Below, piece after piece: positions 8,336 to 17,620 of a DNA stretch of 64,000 bases (position 1 is the stretch's first letter; every line of letters starts with the position of its first letter). The notes beneath the pieces are model-generated. The model had not been told where the DNA came from, did not search any database, and was given only the letters and a program-made list of their open reading frames with translations. Origin of the DNA: Desulfatiglandales bacterium (GTDB taxonomy: Bacteria; Desulfobacterota; DSM-4660; Desulfatiglandales; Desulfatiglandaceae); contig OY759599.1 of the NCBI GenBank assembly GCA_963662465.1, positions 5,248,001 to 5,312,000 on the forward strand, given 5' to 3'. The translations under genes and the position numbers were made by a program.

Positions 8336-9640
8336 ATGAAATTTGAATTTGTCGATGAAGTGGAAAAAGGGACTTACCGTGCCAGAATTAAGGTTCTGGG
8401 TATTGGCGGCGCCGGGGGAAATGCCATCAACAACATGATTACATCCGACCTGCGAGGCGTGGAATTTGTTGTCGCCAACACGGATTGCCAGGATCTTGAT
8501 CGCTCATCCTGCACCCGAAAAATTCAGTTGGGCCCTGAGATCACTATGGGCCTTGGCGCCGGCGCCGATCCGGAAGTGGGCAGAACATCCGCGGAAGAGA
8601 GCCTCACTGAAATCAGGGAAGCGCTGGATCAATCCGATATGGTCTTTATAACGGCGGGGATGGGCGGCGGAACGGGTACCGGCGCCTCCCCCGTGGCAGC
8701 CAGGGAAAGCAAGGAAAATGGTTCGCTTACCGTAGCCGTGGTCACCAAACCCTTCGAGTTTGAAGGGGACGAACGAATGAAGCAGGCATTAGAGGGCATC
8801 GAACAGCTTAAAAAGGAAGTTGACAGCATTATCGTGATTCCCAATGAACGGCTCAACACCATCGGAGAAGAAGGCGCCTCCTTCAAGGAACTGATCACCA
8901 GAGCGGATGATGTCCTGCTTCAAGCGGTCAAGGGGATTTCGGACATCAGCAGCAGCGTGGGCTTCATTAACCTGGATTTTGCCGATGTCAGGAAGGTCAT
9001 GAGCAAAACCGGAACGGCCATCATGGGCATGGGCCGGGCATCGGGAGAAAAGCGAGCCGTTGAAGCAGCGCAGCAGGCCATTAACAGCCCCCTTTTAGAG
9101 GATATTTCCATTGAGGGCGCAAAGGGACTTTTGATGAACCTGACCGGCCCTTCCGACATGACCATGAAAGAAGTAAAAGAAGCCTCGACGTATATCAAAA
9201 ATGAAGCAAAGGATGCAGCGGTATTCTGGGGTCTGGTCTATGACGACAATATGGGAGATGAAATTCAAGTAACCGTTGTTGCCACTGGAATAGATGGGTT
9301 CGAAGATAAAAAATCCCGTGGTCGCGTCGTGGACATGAACGAGCGAGTTCGGAAATCCATTCAGGATTACGATAATGTGGTCAACCTGAGGGATGTGACC
9401 ATTGAAGATTTTGAAGAGGATTGGAGCGTAAAAAAAGACGGCGTACCCCTGGACAACCCCACTTTCGACGGCATATCCCTGGATACCCCCACTTTCCAAA
9501 GAAAGGGATTGAACCCTGAAAATGATTTTGATGAAAAATTGGAGAAGAAAAAGAAAAAGAATTTTTTTGATAGATTCCGCAATAAGAGTAATCTGGATTG
9601 TCCCACTTTCATGCGCAAAAGTGAATTAAACCGTGTCTGA
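8336..9640 (+). CDS. ftsZ: Cell division protein FtsZ
   Basis: GIGGAGGNA, GLGAGADP, GGGTGTG tubulin signature, INLDFAD; strong SD GAGGAGG. Confidence 0.98.
   Translation: MKFEFVDEVEKGTYRARIKVLGIGGAGGNAINNMITSDLRGVEFVVANTDCQDLDRSSCTRKIQLGPEITMGLGAGADPEVGRTSAEESLTEIREALDQSDMVFITAGMGGGTGTGASPVAARESKENGSLTVAVVTKPFEFEGDERMKQALEGIEQLKKEVDSIIVIPNERLNTIGEEGASFKELITRADDVLLQAVKGISDISSSVGFINLDFADVRKVMSKTGTAIMGMGRASGEKRAVEAAQQAINSPLLEDISIEGAKGLLMNLTGPSDMTMKEVKEASTYIKNEAKDAAVFWGLVYDDNMGDEIQVTVVATGIDGFEDKKSRGRVVDMNERVRKSIQDYDNVVNLRDVTIEDFEEDWSVKKDGVPLDNPTFDGISLDTPTFQRKGLNPENDFDEKLEKKKKKNFFDRFRNKSNLDCPTFMRKSELNRV
9437..9496 (+). repeat. 30-bp in-frame tandem duplication in the ftsZ tail (26/30 identical)
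   Basis: gacggcgtacccctggacaaccccactttc / gacggcatatccctggatacccccactttc. Confidence 0.85.
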
Positions 9641-11426
9641 CGACATCACCGCCCTTTATCGCGCCATATTGGCGAAAGAAAAAGGCGTCATTCGAAAAGA
9701 TTGGGGAGGGAAGCTTTCCATTGCAGTGGCATTCCCCAACTACTATCGATTGGGCATGTCGAATCTGGGGCTACAGATTGTCTACCGTCTTCTGAACGAA
9801 AGACCCGATGTGGTCGCCGAGCGTTTTTTTCTGCCTGAAGGTCAGGAAATGGCCCGTTATCTTCGGTCCGGAGAACCTCTCCTTTCCATGGAAAGTCAAA
9901 CGCCGCTAACGAACTTTGATCTGGCGGCTTTCTCCCTTTCCTTTGAAAACGATTACCCGAACGTTCTTCAAATGTTGGAAATGGGAAAAGTGCCCCTGCT
10001 TTCGGAAGAAAGAACAGAACACGATCCTTTTGTTATGGCGGGAGGCGTTGCCTCTTTTCTAAACCCGGAGCCTTTAGCGCCCTTTATGGATTTTTTTCTT
10101 CTGGGCGAAGCGGAGATCAACCTTGACCCATTTGTGGATACCTTTCTGGAATTTGGCAGTAGAGACAAGGCATGCCTTGTCTCTACACATAAACGAAAGG
10201 ATGTCCTCCTACATTTGGCAAAAAATGTACCGGGCCTTTATGTGCCGTCCCTCTATGAACCGGCATACCAAAAAGACGGGACACTGAAATATTTCATCCC
10301 GCTTAAAAAGAACGTTCCCGAGAAAATCCAGTCGCCCTCTTCTCTTGAGGGAGGATTTGCGAATGGGGGAATGCCGCTTTCATGTATTACCACGCCGGAC
10401 ACGGAGTTTGGCGATAAGATCCTGATGGAGGTGGGGAGAGGATGTGGGCATGCGTGCCGTTTCTGTGCGGCAGGGTATATTTATCGGCCGCCGCGGGTGT
10501 ATGAAACATCCACACTTCGCGATGGCCTGGCCACGGCCCTGGAACGATGTTCCCAGGTGGGTCTGGTGAGTGCCGCCGTATCGGACACGCCGGGAATTGA
10601 AGAACTGATGGCCATGATTCTGGATCGGGATGCTAAGTTTTCAGTGTCGTCCATGAGGGCCGAAAGCCTGACCCGGGGGATGCTTGAACATCTGAAAAAG
10701 TCGGGTCAAAAAACGGTTGCCATTGCGCCGGAAGCAGGAAGCCGGAGACTTCGAAAGATCATCAACAAACATTTAACGGAAGAGCAGATTGTTGACGCCG
10801 TTCGCATGATCTCAAGCGTCAGCGATTTTTCCATAAGGCTTTACTTTCTCATGGGACTTCCCACCGAGACCCCCCGTGATGTGAATGAAATTTCGGATCT
10901 GGTCAAACGGATCAAACACCACATGGTGAAAGAATCGGGCGCCAGGGGGAAAATCGGGCGCATTAAACTCAGCGTCAACTGTTTTATTCCTAAACCCTTT
11001 ACCCCGTTTCAGTGGTTCGCCATGGAAGAAGCGGGATCGCTCAAAAAGAAACAACAGCGGCTGAAAAAGTCGCTCATCAAATCCGGGGGCATTGTAGTCA
11101 ATTCAGACGTTCCCAAATGGGCCTATATTCAGGCGTTGCTCTCACTGGGGGACAGGCGGGTCGGCGCCATACTGCAAGGGGCTCACGACTTGAAAGGCAA
11201 CTGGAACAAAGCCATGCGGCTTTCTCCGATAAACCCTGATTTTTTCGTGTACCGCCCAAAAAACCTGGATGAACTCCTTCCGTGGGATTTTATTGATCAC
11301 GGAATCACAAAAAAGCATCTTCAAACAGAATACCGCCTTGCCCTTGAGGGCAAACAATCGGATATCTGCAAGGTAGGAGAATGCTTTCGTTGCGGGGCAT
11401 GCCGGGGCAGAGCATCAATTGTGTAG
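9633..11426 (+). CDS. Radical SAM protein (TIGR03960-like)
   Basis: YRLGMSNLG, RGCGHACRFC (CxxxCxxC), IAPEAGS, FIPKPFTPFQW, LPWDFIDHG, C-terminal Cys cluster. Confidence 0.9.
   Translation: MSDDITALYRAILAKEKGVIRKDWGGKLSIAVAFPNYYRLGMSNLGLQIVYRLLNERPDVVAERFFLPEGQEMARYLRSGEPLLSMESQTPLTNFDLAAFSLSFENDYPNVLQMLEMGKVPLLSEERTEHDPFVMAGGVASFLNPEPLAPFMDFFLLGEAEINLDPFVDTFLEFGSRDKACLVSTHKRKDVLLHLAKNVPGLYVPSLYEPAYQKDGTLKYFIPLKKNVPEKIQSPSSLEGGFANGGMPLSCITTPDTEFGDKILMEVGRGCGHACRFCAAGYIYRPPRVYETSTLRDGLATALERCSQVGLVSAAVSDTPGIEELMAMILDRDAKFSVSSMRAESLTRGMLEHLKKSGQKTVAIAPEAGSRRLRKIINKHLTEEQIVDAVRMISSVSDFSIRLYFLMGLPTETPRDVNEISDLVKRIKHHMVKESGARGKIGRIKLSVNCFIPKPFTPFQWFAMEEAGSLKKKQQRLKKSLIKSGGIVVNSDVPKWAYIQALLSLGDRRVGAILQGAHDLKGNWNKAMRLSPINPDFFVYRPKNLDELLPWDFIDHGITKKHLQTEYRLALEGKQSDICKVGECFRCGACRGRASIV
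10159..10186. repeat. GTAG-type REP: perfect 28-bp palindrome inside the radical SAM CDS
   Basis: GTAGAGACAAGGCA|TGCCTTGTCTCTAC. Confidence 0.85.
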
Positions 11427-11455
11427 GTTGGGGCTCATTCTTCACCCCAACCTAC
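11423..11455. repeat. GTAG-type REP-like hairpin overlapping the radical SAM stop codon; possible terminator between convergent genes
   Basis: GTAGGTTGGGG-N11-CCCCAACCTAC. Confidence 0.7.
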
Positions 11456-11525
11456 GGGCTGAATGATCTCCGCGCCCGTATCCCCGTCTTACAGGAATTC
11501 GTGCCAGTGGTTTTAAAAAGCATCC

Positions 11526-13742
11526 TCACTTCGCCCGGATAGTGCCGGAACAAATGACGGTCTTGTCCCTGGCTGTGAAGACCCCCTCCACCTCGGTGAC
11601 GCCGGTATTGGAGATGAAACTCGGGTCATAGCCCCATTCGATGGTGAGGGTCTTGCCTGCATCCACCGTGGTATCACCCAAAAAGACCTCGGCCGCCACC
11701 TTGATGAGGGCCTTATCTTGAACTCCGCTCACGGCCTCGCCTATGGTGTGATAGCAGGGGCTCAGCCCCCCGCAGTCGCCGCTGCTTACATACACGGTTA
11801 GGAGGTTCCGGTAGGTGGCCGTAACTGTCACGTCTCCTTCCGGCATGGTGACCGTGGTGTTGGCGCTGGTGACATTGGCCACATAAGCGGTCTGTCCGAT
11901 CCATTTGTCAAAAACCTTGCCCTGGGCGGGCGGAGCAGCCGCGATACCCACCACCTGGCCGGCTTCGTAGAGCCCACCGCCCGTTCCGCTGACAACCGTA
12001 AGGGTATACTGTTCAACGGGTGTATCCTTGTAGGTGGCCGTGACCGTCACGTCCTCTTCCAGCATGGTCACGGTGGTATTGGCACTGTCAGGATTGGCCA
12101 AATGGGCCGTCTGTCCGATCCATTTGTCAAAAACCTTGCCTTGAAGCGGCGCACCGGCGGCAACATTTATGACTTTTCCGGCTTCATACTCACCGCTTCC
12201 CGTACCCCCATTCACAATCAGGACGTAGGTCCGCAGAAAGTCAACACTCACCGTGCAGAAAGCTGTAATGGCATTTGTGGTATAGGTGTCGCCGTTTCGT
12301 GTGCCACCGCAATCTCCGCCGAAATCAACGACCTGATAGTGATCGTTGGGAACGGCCGTACAAAGGCTTGTCTCGCCATCGGGTACGGGATTCGGGTTGC
12401 AGCTTAACACACCGCCCCAAAGGGGATTGGGCGCTTCACCCAGTTGATGCGTCACCGGGACATCCACCTGACATAAGTAACCGACAATCGAAGCCCCCGA
12501 AGACATAGTCAGCCGCTTATAGTAAAGTTTTCCGAGACCGACATCAATGGTGGAATTGGGCGACAAGTATATTTCTTCAATGTAGTGGACATGATAAGAA
12601 CCGTCGTAGTCCGAGAGTTTAAGAGTGAGACCTTCCTCGTTGGTATTGCCCACACTGACCTTTTTCAAAGCATTGTTGGCATCAAATCCCTCCGCGACGC
12701 ATCCCCGATCTTCCGACGAGCAGTTGTGGAGCCACTTGGATGTGGTGTTGTCCTCAAAGACAAATTCGGTATTCCCCAAGCCGGTTCCATCCACAAGAGA
12801 CGAAATGGCCAAAGCCTGGCTCAGCCTAACAACGGTACCGTCGGGGGCATTGTAGGTGGGCATCCCACCCCCTTCATTATCATCCATAAAGCCCAGGTAT
12901 TGCAGATGTATCTCCACCGGCGAAAAGATGTTCAGGGTGCTCGACTCGTTGTGCAGAAAAACGCCCGTATCCGAGCCGTCACACGCTTTGATGGTTGCGG
13001 AATCATAAATTTCAACGGTTCCCTGATAATGTATATTGAAGGTTTTGGCCTGCAGTTGCGCATTTTCTTTCAGCTTCAGCAAACTGGACTGACCCATGAC
13101 ATTGAGGTCCCCGCACACCTTCGCCTGCGACGTCCCACCGATGGTGGCCTCCCCTTCATTCAACACCGCCAGGGCACTGGTGTCAAGAGTTCCTCCTGTC
13201 ATTTTGAATTGGCCGCCTGTTATAGAACTTGAAGGATCATCACCCAGCACCACGGTGCCCGTAATGGTTCCGCCACCCTGGGTCAACACCCCATCCGAAC
13301 AAACATAGACACAGCTATTTAACGTGCCGCCCGAAACACTGAGATGCCCCCCCGAGGAGAGTTTACCGCCACCATGAAAACCATTGCCCACTTCGGTGTG
13401 GCTCACAGTAACTTCACCACCCGTTATATCCAATCCTCCTACATCGGAAATGACATAGAGGTTGGTCAAAGAGACAGACTCTTGAATCACCGCCACACCT
13501 CCGCAAAACACCCCTGCGGAAGAAGCATATGTTGGGACCAGTTCACCCTTGTCCCAACATGGAAAAGATTCGAAATCCGCATATTGCCACCACTCATAAG
13601 AGAACTCGCCCATAACCCCTTGCGGCCAGATGTAGGCCTTTTCAGCATATACCGCCATGGGGAACAGCAGAACCGTCAAAAAAACGGATACAAAAACGCC
13701 CGCTACAAACATCCTTATAAATGTCAACACTAATTTCATCAT
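11526..13742 (-). CDS. Secreted/surface protein: signal peptide, Gly-rich beta-helix-like region, divergent InlB B-repeat-like Ig domains, distinct C-terminal domain
   Basis: Start at ATG 13742 with GGAGG SD; AVYA cleavage-like site; two ~73-aa repeats (GxGxYEAG..VFDKWIGQTA..TTVTM..DVTVTATY). Confidence 0.75.
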   Translation of the reverse strand: MMKLVLTFIRMFVAGVFVSVFLTVLLFPMAVYAEKAYIWPQGVMGEFSYEWWQYADFESFPCWDKGELVPTYASSAGVFCGGVAVIQESVSLTNLYVISDVGGLDITGGEVTVSHTEVGNGFHGGGKLSSGGHLSVSGGTLNSCVYVCSDGVLTQGGGTITGTVVLGDDPSSSITGGQFKMTGGTLDTSALAVLNEGEATIGGTSQAKVCGDLNVMGQSSLLKLKENAQLQAKTFNIHYQGTVEIYDSATIKACDGSDTGVFLHNESSTLNIFSPVEIHLQYLGFMDDNEGGGMPTYNAPDGTVVRLSQALAISSLVDGTGLGNTEFVFEDNTTSKWLHNCSSEDRGCVAEGFDANNALKKVSVGNTNEEGLTLKLSDYDGSYHVHYIEEIYLSPNSTIDVGLGKLYYKRLTMSSGASIVGYLCQVDVPVTHQLGEAPNPLWGGVLSCNPNPVPDGETSLCTAVPNDHYQVVDFGGDCGGTRNGDTYTTNAITAFCTVSVDFLRTYVLIVNGGTGSGEYEAGKVINVAAGAPLQGKVFDKWIGQTAHLANPDSANTTVTMLEEDVTVTATYKDTPVEQYTLTVVSGTGGGLYEAGQVVGIAAAPPAQGKVFDKWIGQTAYVANVTSANTTVTMPEGDVTVTATYRNLLTVYVSSGDCGGLSPCYHTIGEAVSGVQDKALIKVAAEVFLGDTTVDAGKTLTIEWGYDPSFISNTGVTEVEGVFTARDKTVICSGTIRAK
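11811..12227 (-). repeat. Two-copy internal domain duplication (219-bp offset)
   Basis: Identical 32-bp core at 11890-11921 and 12109-12140. Confidence 0.85.
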
Positions 13743-13795
13743 TTGACCTCCCACACGCAAAATGAATGACTTGAACCCTGCCCATACCATGGTGT

Positions 13796-13815
13796 ACTGA
13801 CAAATCACTGACAAA
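13796..13815 (-). promoter_or_regulatory. Direct repeat ACTGACAAA x2 at 11-bp period; candidate SARP/OmpR-type operator
   Basis: actgacaaa tc actgacaaa, ~55 bp upstream of the secreted-protein start and next to a SARP-domain regulator gene. Confidence 0.5.
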
Positions 13816-13882
13816 GCCGAACTGAAGTTTCCGATCGCGGGAATGGGCGAGGCGTTTCTGAAACCTTTTCGGGCGGGTGATC

Positions 13883-16800
13883 TCATCGGTTCAGGGGGAT
13901 CGGAGACTCGGGGGTATGCTTGATTTCCCGGTAAAGGTTCCACAACGGAAGTCCCGGTGCAATTCCCAGCTCGGTTTCCAGGGCTTCGCGGCATTTAAAG
14001 TAGGCCCGCACGGCCCGGACACGGTCGTTTGAGGCGAACAGGGATTTCATTAACAGAAGGGTTCCGTTTTCATCCCAGGGCTCCCGCGTAAGGAGCGCCT
14101 TTGCATAATGGATGCTCAGGTCATAGTCATGGTCATGGAAATGCTCGTCGGCCAGAATCCACAGGCAGCGGTTGAATTGTTCGGAAAATTTTTCCCGGAA
14201 GGGAAATGTCCACTCCTCGAAAACATCCTCCAAAAGAAAATCGTTCCGGTACAGGTCCAGCGCCGATTCAAGGGTTTCAACAGCCAGTTTGCGGTCCCCT
14301 GCGTCCAGGAGTTTTTGAACCCGGCCGCACCGCTCTTCAAAACAAAGAGCATCCACAACAGAGCCTTGGGGAAGCTTGAACCGGTAGGCCTGGCCGTTGA
14401 CGCACAGATAGGCCGAGGCGCGCCGGGCGGAGATTCCCGGCTCGAGGGTGGTTCGAAGGGAACTGACGGCCTGATGGAAAAGGATGCGCGCTTTTGCGGT
14501 ATCCACGTCCTGAAAGAACCGATCCAGCAACTGTTCCTGCGGTATGTCCCGGCCCGCATGAAAAACAAAAAACTTGAAAAGACTCTTGGCCGCCTTTCTG
14601 CGCCAGTGACGTCCGGTGATGTCTCGATTCCCCTGGATCACCCGGAAATTCCCCAGACAAAAAACCTTAAGGGGCAGGGGGGGCAGGGCCCGGAGCCGTT
14701 TCAGGGTCAACGTAGCGGCCTGACGAACCGGAGAGGATACTTCTTTTTTGAGGGAGAAAACGGATCTTTCGGCCTCCCGAATGCCCAAATCTGCCACGGC
14801 CTGAAGAGCCCTCAATTTGATATCGTCCCGGGAGTCCTGAAGATGCGCCAGGATGGCTTCCCGCCCTTCTTGATTGCCCCGATGCAACAAGAAGGCGGCG
14901 TAGGCAAAATGGGCCTCATGATCAAGGGCAAGGGGAAGCGTCTTTTGCGCATGGTGTTTTTCCCGTTTGAGAAACAGAAAATCGTAATGATGGGTCCTGC
15001 TGAGGGCCAAGGCCTTCAACAGATGGGATTCCGATTCAGCCCGGTTGCCCCCATCCAGGAGGACGGATGCCAGGAGCAGCCGGGTTCTGGATTCGCCGTA
15101 AGGCGTTCCGATGGTTTGCGCGGCAATCAGGCTTTGGTGCAACAAGCGAAGGGCTTCATCACTTCTCCCCGCTTCGGCGTAGGCCGGCGCCAACAGACAG
15201 AACATTTGAACGGTATTCCAGCATTGGTTTTTTTCCGCCGTATGCCGGACCGCCTTGGCCGCTTCCCGGAAAAAGGTTTCCGAATGGTCCTCCCCCAATG
15301 CCAGAAGCGCCTTGGCGGCTGTCAGGTCGTTTTCCCGCCAAAGCTTCGGCGCACTGGCCCCTTCAAAGGACTTCTCGGCCAGATCCACGGCCCGGCGGGC
15401 TTTTGGAAGTTGCGACATACACAGGGCCGTGAGGGCCAGTAGGGTGTAGGCCACGTTTAAATAAAGGGGATTGCCCTTTTCCCGCATGTCGCGCACCGAA
15501 GCTTCAAAAAGCCTTTCCGCTTCCCGGAAATCCCCTGTTTCGAACCGAAGATGCCCCATGAAACCGAGGGCTTGCCCGTAAAACATCTGAAAATCGACCT
15601 GGCGCAAACGGGCCAACGCGCTTTCCAGGCCTGCTTCGGCGGTTTCGAATCGTCCCAGAGGAAAATCAAAATGGGCGGCTTTCAAGACAAGCAACCGAAT
15701 GCCCAACTCCCCGTCCCGTAACACCAGCGGATGAGATCCCATTGCATTCCAAATGTTTTCGGCTTCGGTCGGACGATTTAAGTACATCAGGGCGCAAGCC
15801 TGAAAAAGGCGCAGCGGTATCAGAAAGGGGGACGTTTTATCAAGAATGGACTCGGCTTCCTCCGTCCTTTGAACGACCTTCACACAGTCCTCCCCGTAGT
15901 AGGCCAGTGCCATGAGGAAGTAGGCGGCTTTGGCGTAAATGGCCGGATTATTCTGCTGCCGGGCGAGGTAGAGCGCCTGCTCGAGCCGGGAGATGGCCTC
16001 CGACCACCGTCCCTTGAAGTAGTTTGCCCATCCTGTTGCAAAGAGAAGTATCGGCGATGCGAAAATCACGTGAGTTGAAATCCGTTCGGTCCAACGCAAT
16101 AAAGCGTCCGCGGAGGCCGTCTTGAGGATCTCATCCAGGGATGCTTCCAGAATCCCGGCGGCCCCCTGGTCATCTCCCGCCTCCAGCCGATGATGGAGGG
16201 CTTCCTGCCAGCGTCCCGCCTTCTCCAGGATTTGAGCCGCATTGCCATGGCGTTGCCGCAATTCCGATGTCGAACATTGGGTCTGCAGCCGAGTCAGAAG
16301 GAAATCCCGGAATAAATGGTGATAGCGAAAACGTTCTCCCCCGGCATCCACCGGGATCAGGAAGAGATTTCTGCGAATCAGTTCATCCAGCATAACCTTT
16401 GAATCCGATATTCCCAAAACCCCGTTGGCAACCTCTACATCCAAGTGTACCAAAATGCCGGTTTCCACCAGAAACACCCGAAGAGGGGCGGAAAGGCTTT
16501 TGAAAACATCGTCAAAAAGGGAATCGAAGAGCGTTTTTCGCTGCAGGCCGAATTGATCCAGCAGCCGGTCCGGATCAATCTGTAAACAATCGTCCAAGTG
16601 TTGCTGAAGTATGCGCACGGCCAACGGCCAGCCCTCAGTCACCCGAAAAGCGACCTCGACCTGTTGCATGGATAGCTTAAGGGTGCGGCACTCCCGGAAA
16701 AAAAGACCGATTTCCATTTCGGACATGCGAAGATCTTGATGGCCGAACTCCGCCACGCCGCCATATGCCTTGGCCCGGGCGCCGTCCAAAGCAGGTTTTC

Positions 16801-17299
16801 CACGGGAAGCAACGAGCAGGTGAAGATTCGAGGGTGCGTAACGGACGATCCGGTCAAAAAGATGCACCGCCTCCGGCGACCCATCTAGGGTGTGGAAATC
16901 GTCCAGGATGAGAAGCAGATGTTCCGGAAGCACTCGAAGGCAGGCATTGAAAAACTCCGGTATGACGGCCTTCAAAGCGCCTCCCGATTGAGTGGCCAGG
17001 CCCAGGGCCTCCCGGATACGTCGGGCGCTTGCGGGAACGCGTCGAATGATTCCTTCTCCCAGGCCTTGACAGAGCTGATTGACATCCCGGTCATCTTCGT
17101 CTAAGCCATACCAAACAAAAGGCATTTCAAGATGTTGTGCAAGTGCCGAAAAAAGAGTCGTTTTCCCGAAACCGGCGCCCGCTTCAACCAGAACCAAACG
17201 TCTGTTCAGGCGCTGCTTCAGACGTCTGATCAGATCCTTTCTAAAAAGGGTCGATTCCGGTATGGGCGGGGGCAACAGTTTATACTCGAAGGAGACCAT
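13883..17299 (-). CDS. Large transcriptional regulator: MalT-like STAND NTPase, TPR, HEAT-like repeat, SARP winged HTH/BTAD
   Basis: KLLPP..RxxL, GAGFGKTT, LILDDFH, TEGWP, RYHHLFRDFL; C-terminal LGNFRV..W.RKAAKSLF..LY...FL..F.EW..R..EPWDE..ELGIAPG. Confidence 0.9.
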   Translation of the reverse strand: MVSFEYKLLPPPIPESTLFRKDLIRRLKQRLNRRLVLVEAGAGFGKTTLFSALAQHLEMPFVWYGLDEDDRDVNQLCQGLGEGIIRRVPASARRIREALGLATQSGGALKAVIPEFFNACLRVLPEHLLLILDDFHTLDGSPEAVHLFDRIVRYAPSNLHLLVASRGKPALDGARAKAYGGVAEFGHQDLRMSEMEIGLFFRECRTLKLSMQQVEVAFRVTEGWPLAVRILQQHLDDCLQIDPDRLLDQFGLQRKTLFDSLFDDVFKSLSAPLRVFLVETGILVHLDVEVANGVLGISDSKVMLDELIRRNLFLIPVDAGGERFRYHHLFRDFLLTRLQTQCSTSELRQRHGNAAQILEKAGRWQEALHHRLEAGDDQGAAGILEASLDEILKTASADALLRWTERISTHVIFASPILLFATGWANYFKGRWSEAISRLEQALYLARQQNNPAIYAKAAYFLMALAYYGEDCVKVVQRTEEAESILDKTSPFLIPLRLFQACALMYLNRPTEAENIWNAMGSHPLVLRDGELGIRLLVLKAAHFDFPLGRFETAEAGLESALARLRQVDFQMFYGQALGFMGHLRFETGDFREAERLFEASVRDMREKGNPLYLNVAYTLLALTALCMSQLPKARRAVDLAEKSFEGASAPKLWRENDLTAAKALLALGEDHSETFFREAAKAVRHTAEKNQCWNTVQMFCLLAPAYAEAGRSDEALRLLHQSLIAAQTIGTPYGESRTRLLLASVLLDGGNRAESESHLLKALALSRTHHYDFLFLKREKHHAQKTLPLALDHEAHFAYAAFLLHRGNQEGREAILAHLQDSRDDIKLRALQAVADLGIREAERSVFSLKKEVSSPVRQAATLTLKRLRALPPLPLKVFCLGNFRVIQGNRDITGRHWRRKAAKSLFKFFVFHAGRDIPQEQLLDRFFQDVDTAKARILFHQAVSSLRTTLEPGISARRASAYLCVNGQAYRFKLPQGSVVDALCFEERCGRVQKLLDAGDRKLAVETLESALDLYRNDFLLEDVFEEWTFPFREKFSEQFNRCLWILADEHFHDHDYDLSIHYAKALLTREPWDENGTLLLMKSLFASNDRVRAVRAYFKCREALETELGIAPGLPLWNLYREIKHTPESPIPLNR

Positions 17300-17620
17300 T
17301 ATTCGGGGAATCCTTTTCCAGAGCGTGAAACGTCATTTTACGGAGGTATAGCTGGAATATATGGGGTCCCTGCCGCTATGTCAAGGATATCCCCACTATG
17401 AATTTGCGCAACCATTCAACTAATTGAATAAATCTGAAACAAACCAACCGTTTTACACTTGACCGAGCATGCGAAAAATGCGAGATTCGGGATTTTTCGC
17501 AAAAAAGCCCTCAGATTGGGGCGTTAGACAGATGCGGTTTTCCAGGGCTTTACCATCCCAGCCTCATTAAAGGGTAAAAAGAAAAGACGAAGTAGAACAA
17601 TTGAAAGGAAGGTAATCATC

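Noticed and set aside
13743..13994. Extended start of the 822-aa ORF
   Set aside because: Overlaps the regulator's 3' end; the SD and signal peptide point to 13742
14108..15442. 444-aa plus-strand ORF
   Set aside because: Antisense shadow of the regulator with no recognisable motifs; the same applies to most short antisense ORFs in the track
17470..17560. Hairpins upstream of the MBL hydrolase as a riboswitch
   Set aside because: Stems exist (gcgaaaaat/atttttcgc; aaagccct/agggcttt) but I recognise no riboswitch consensus; an Rfam search would settle it
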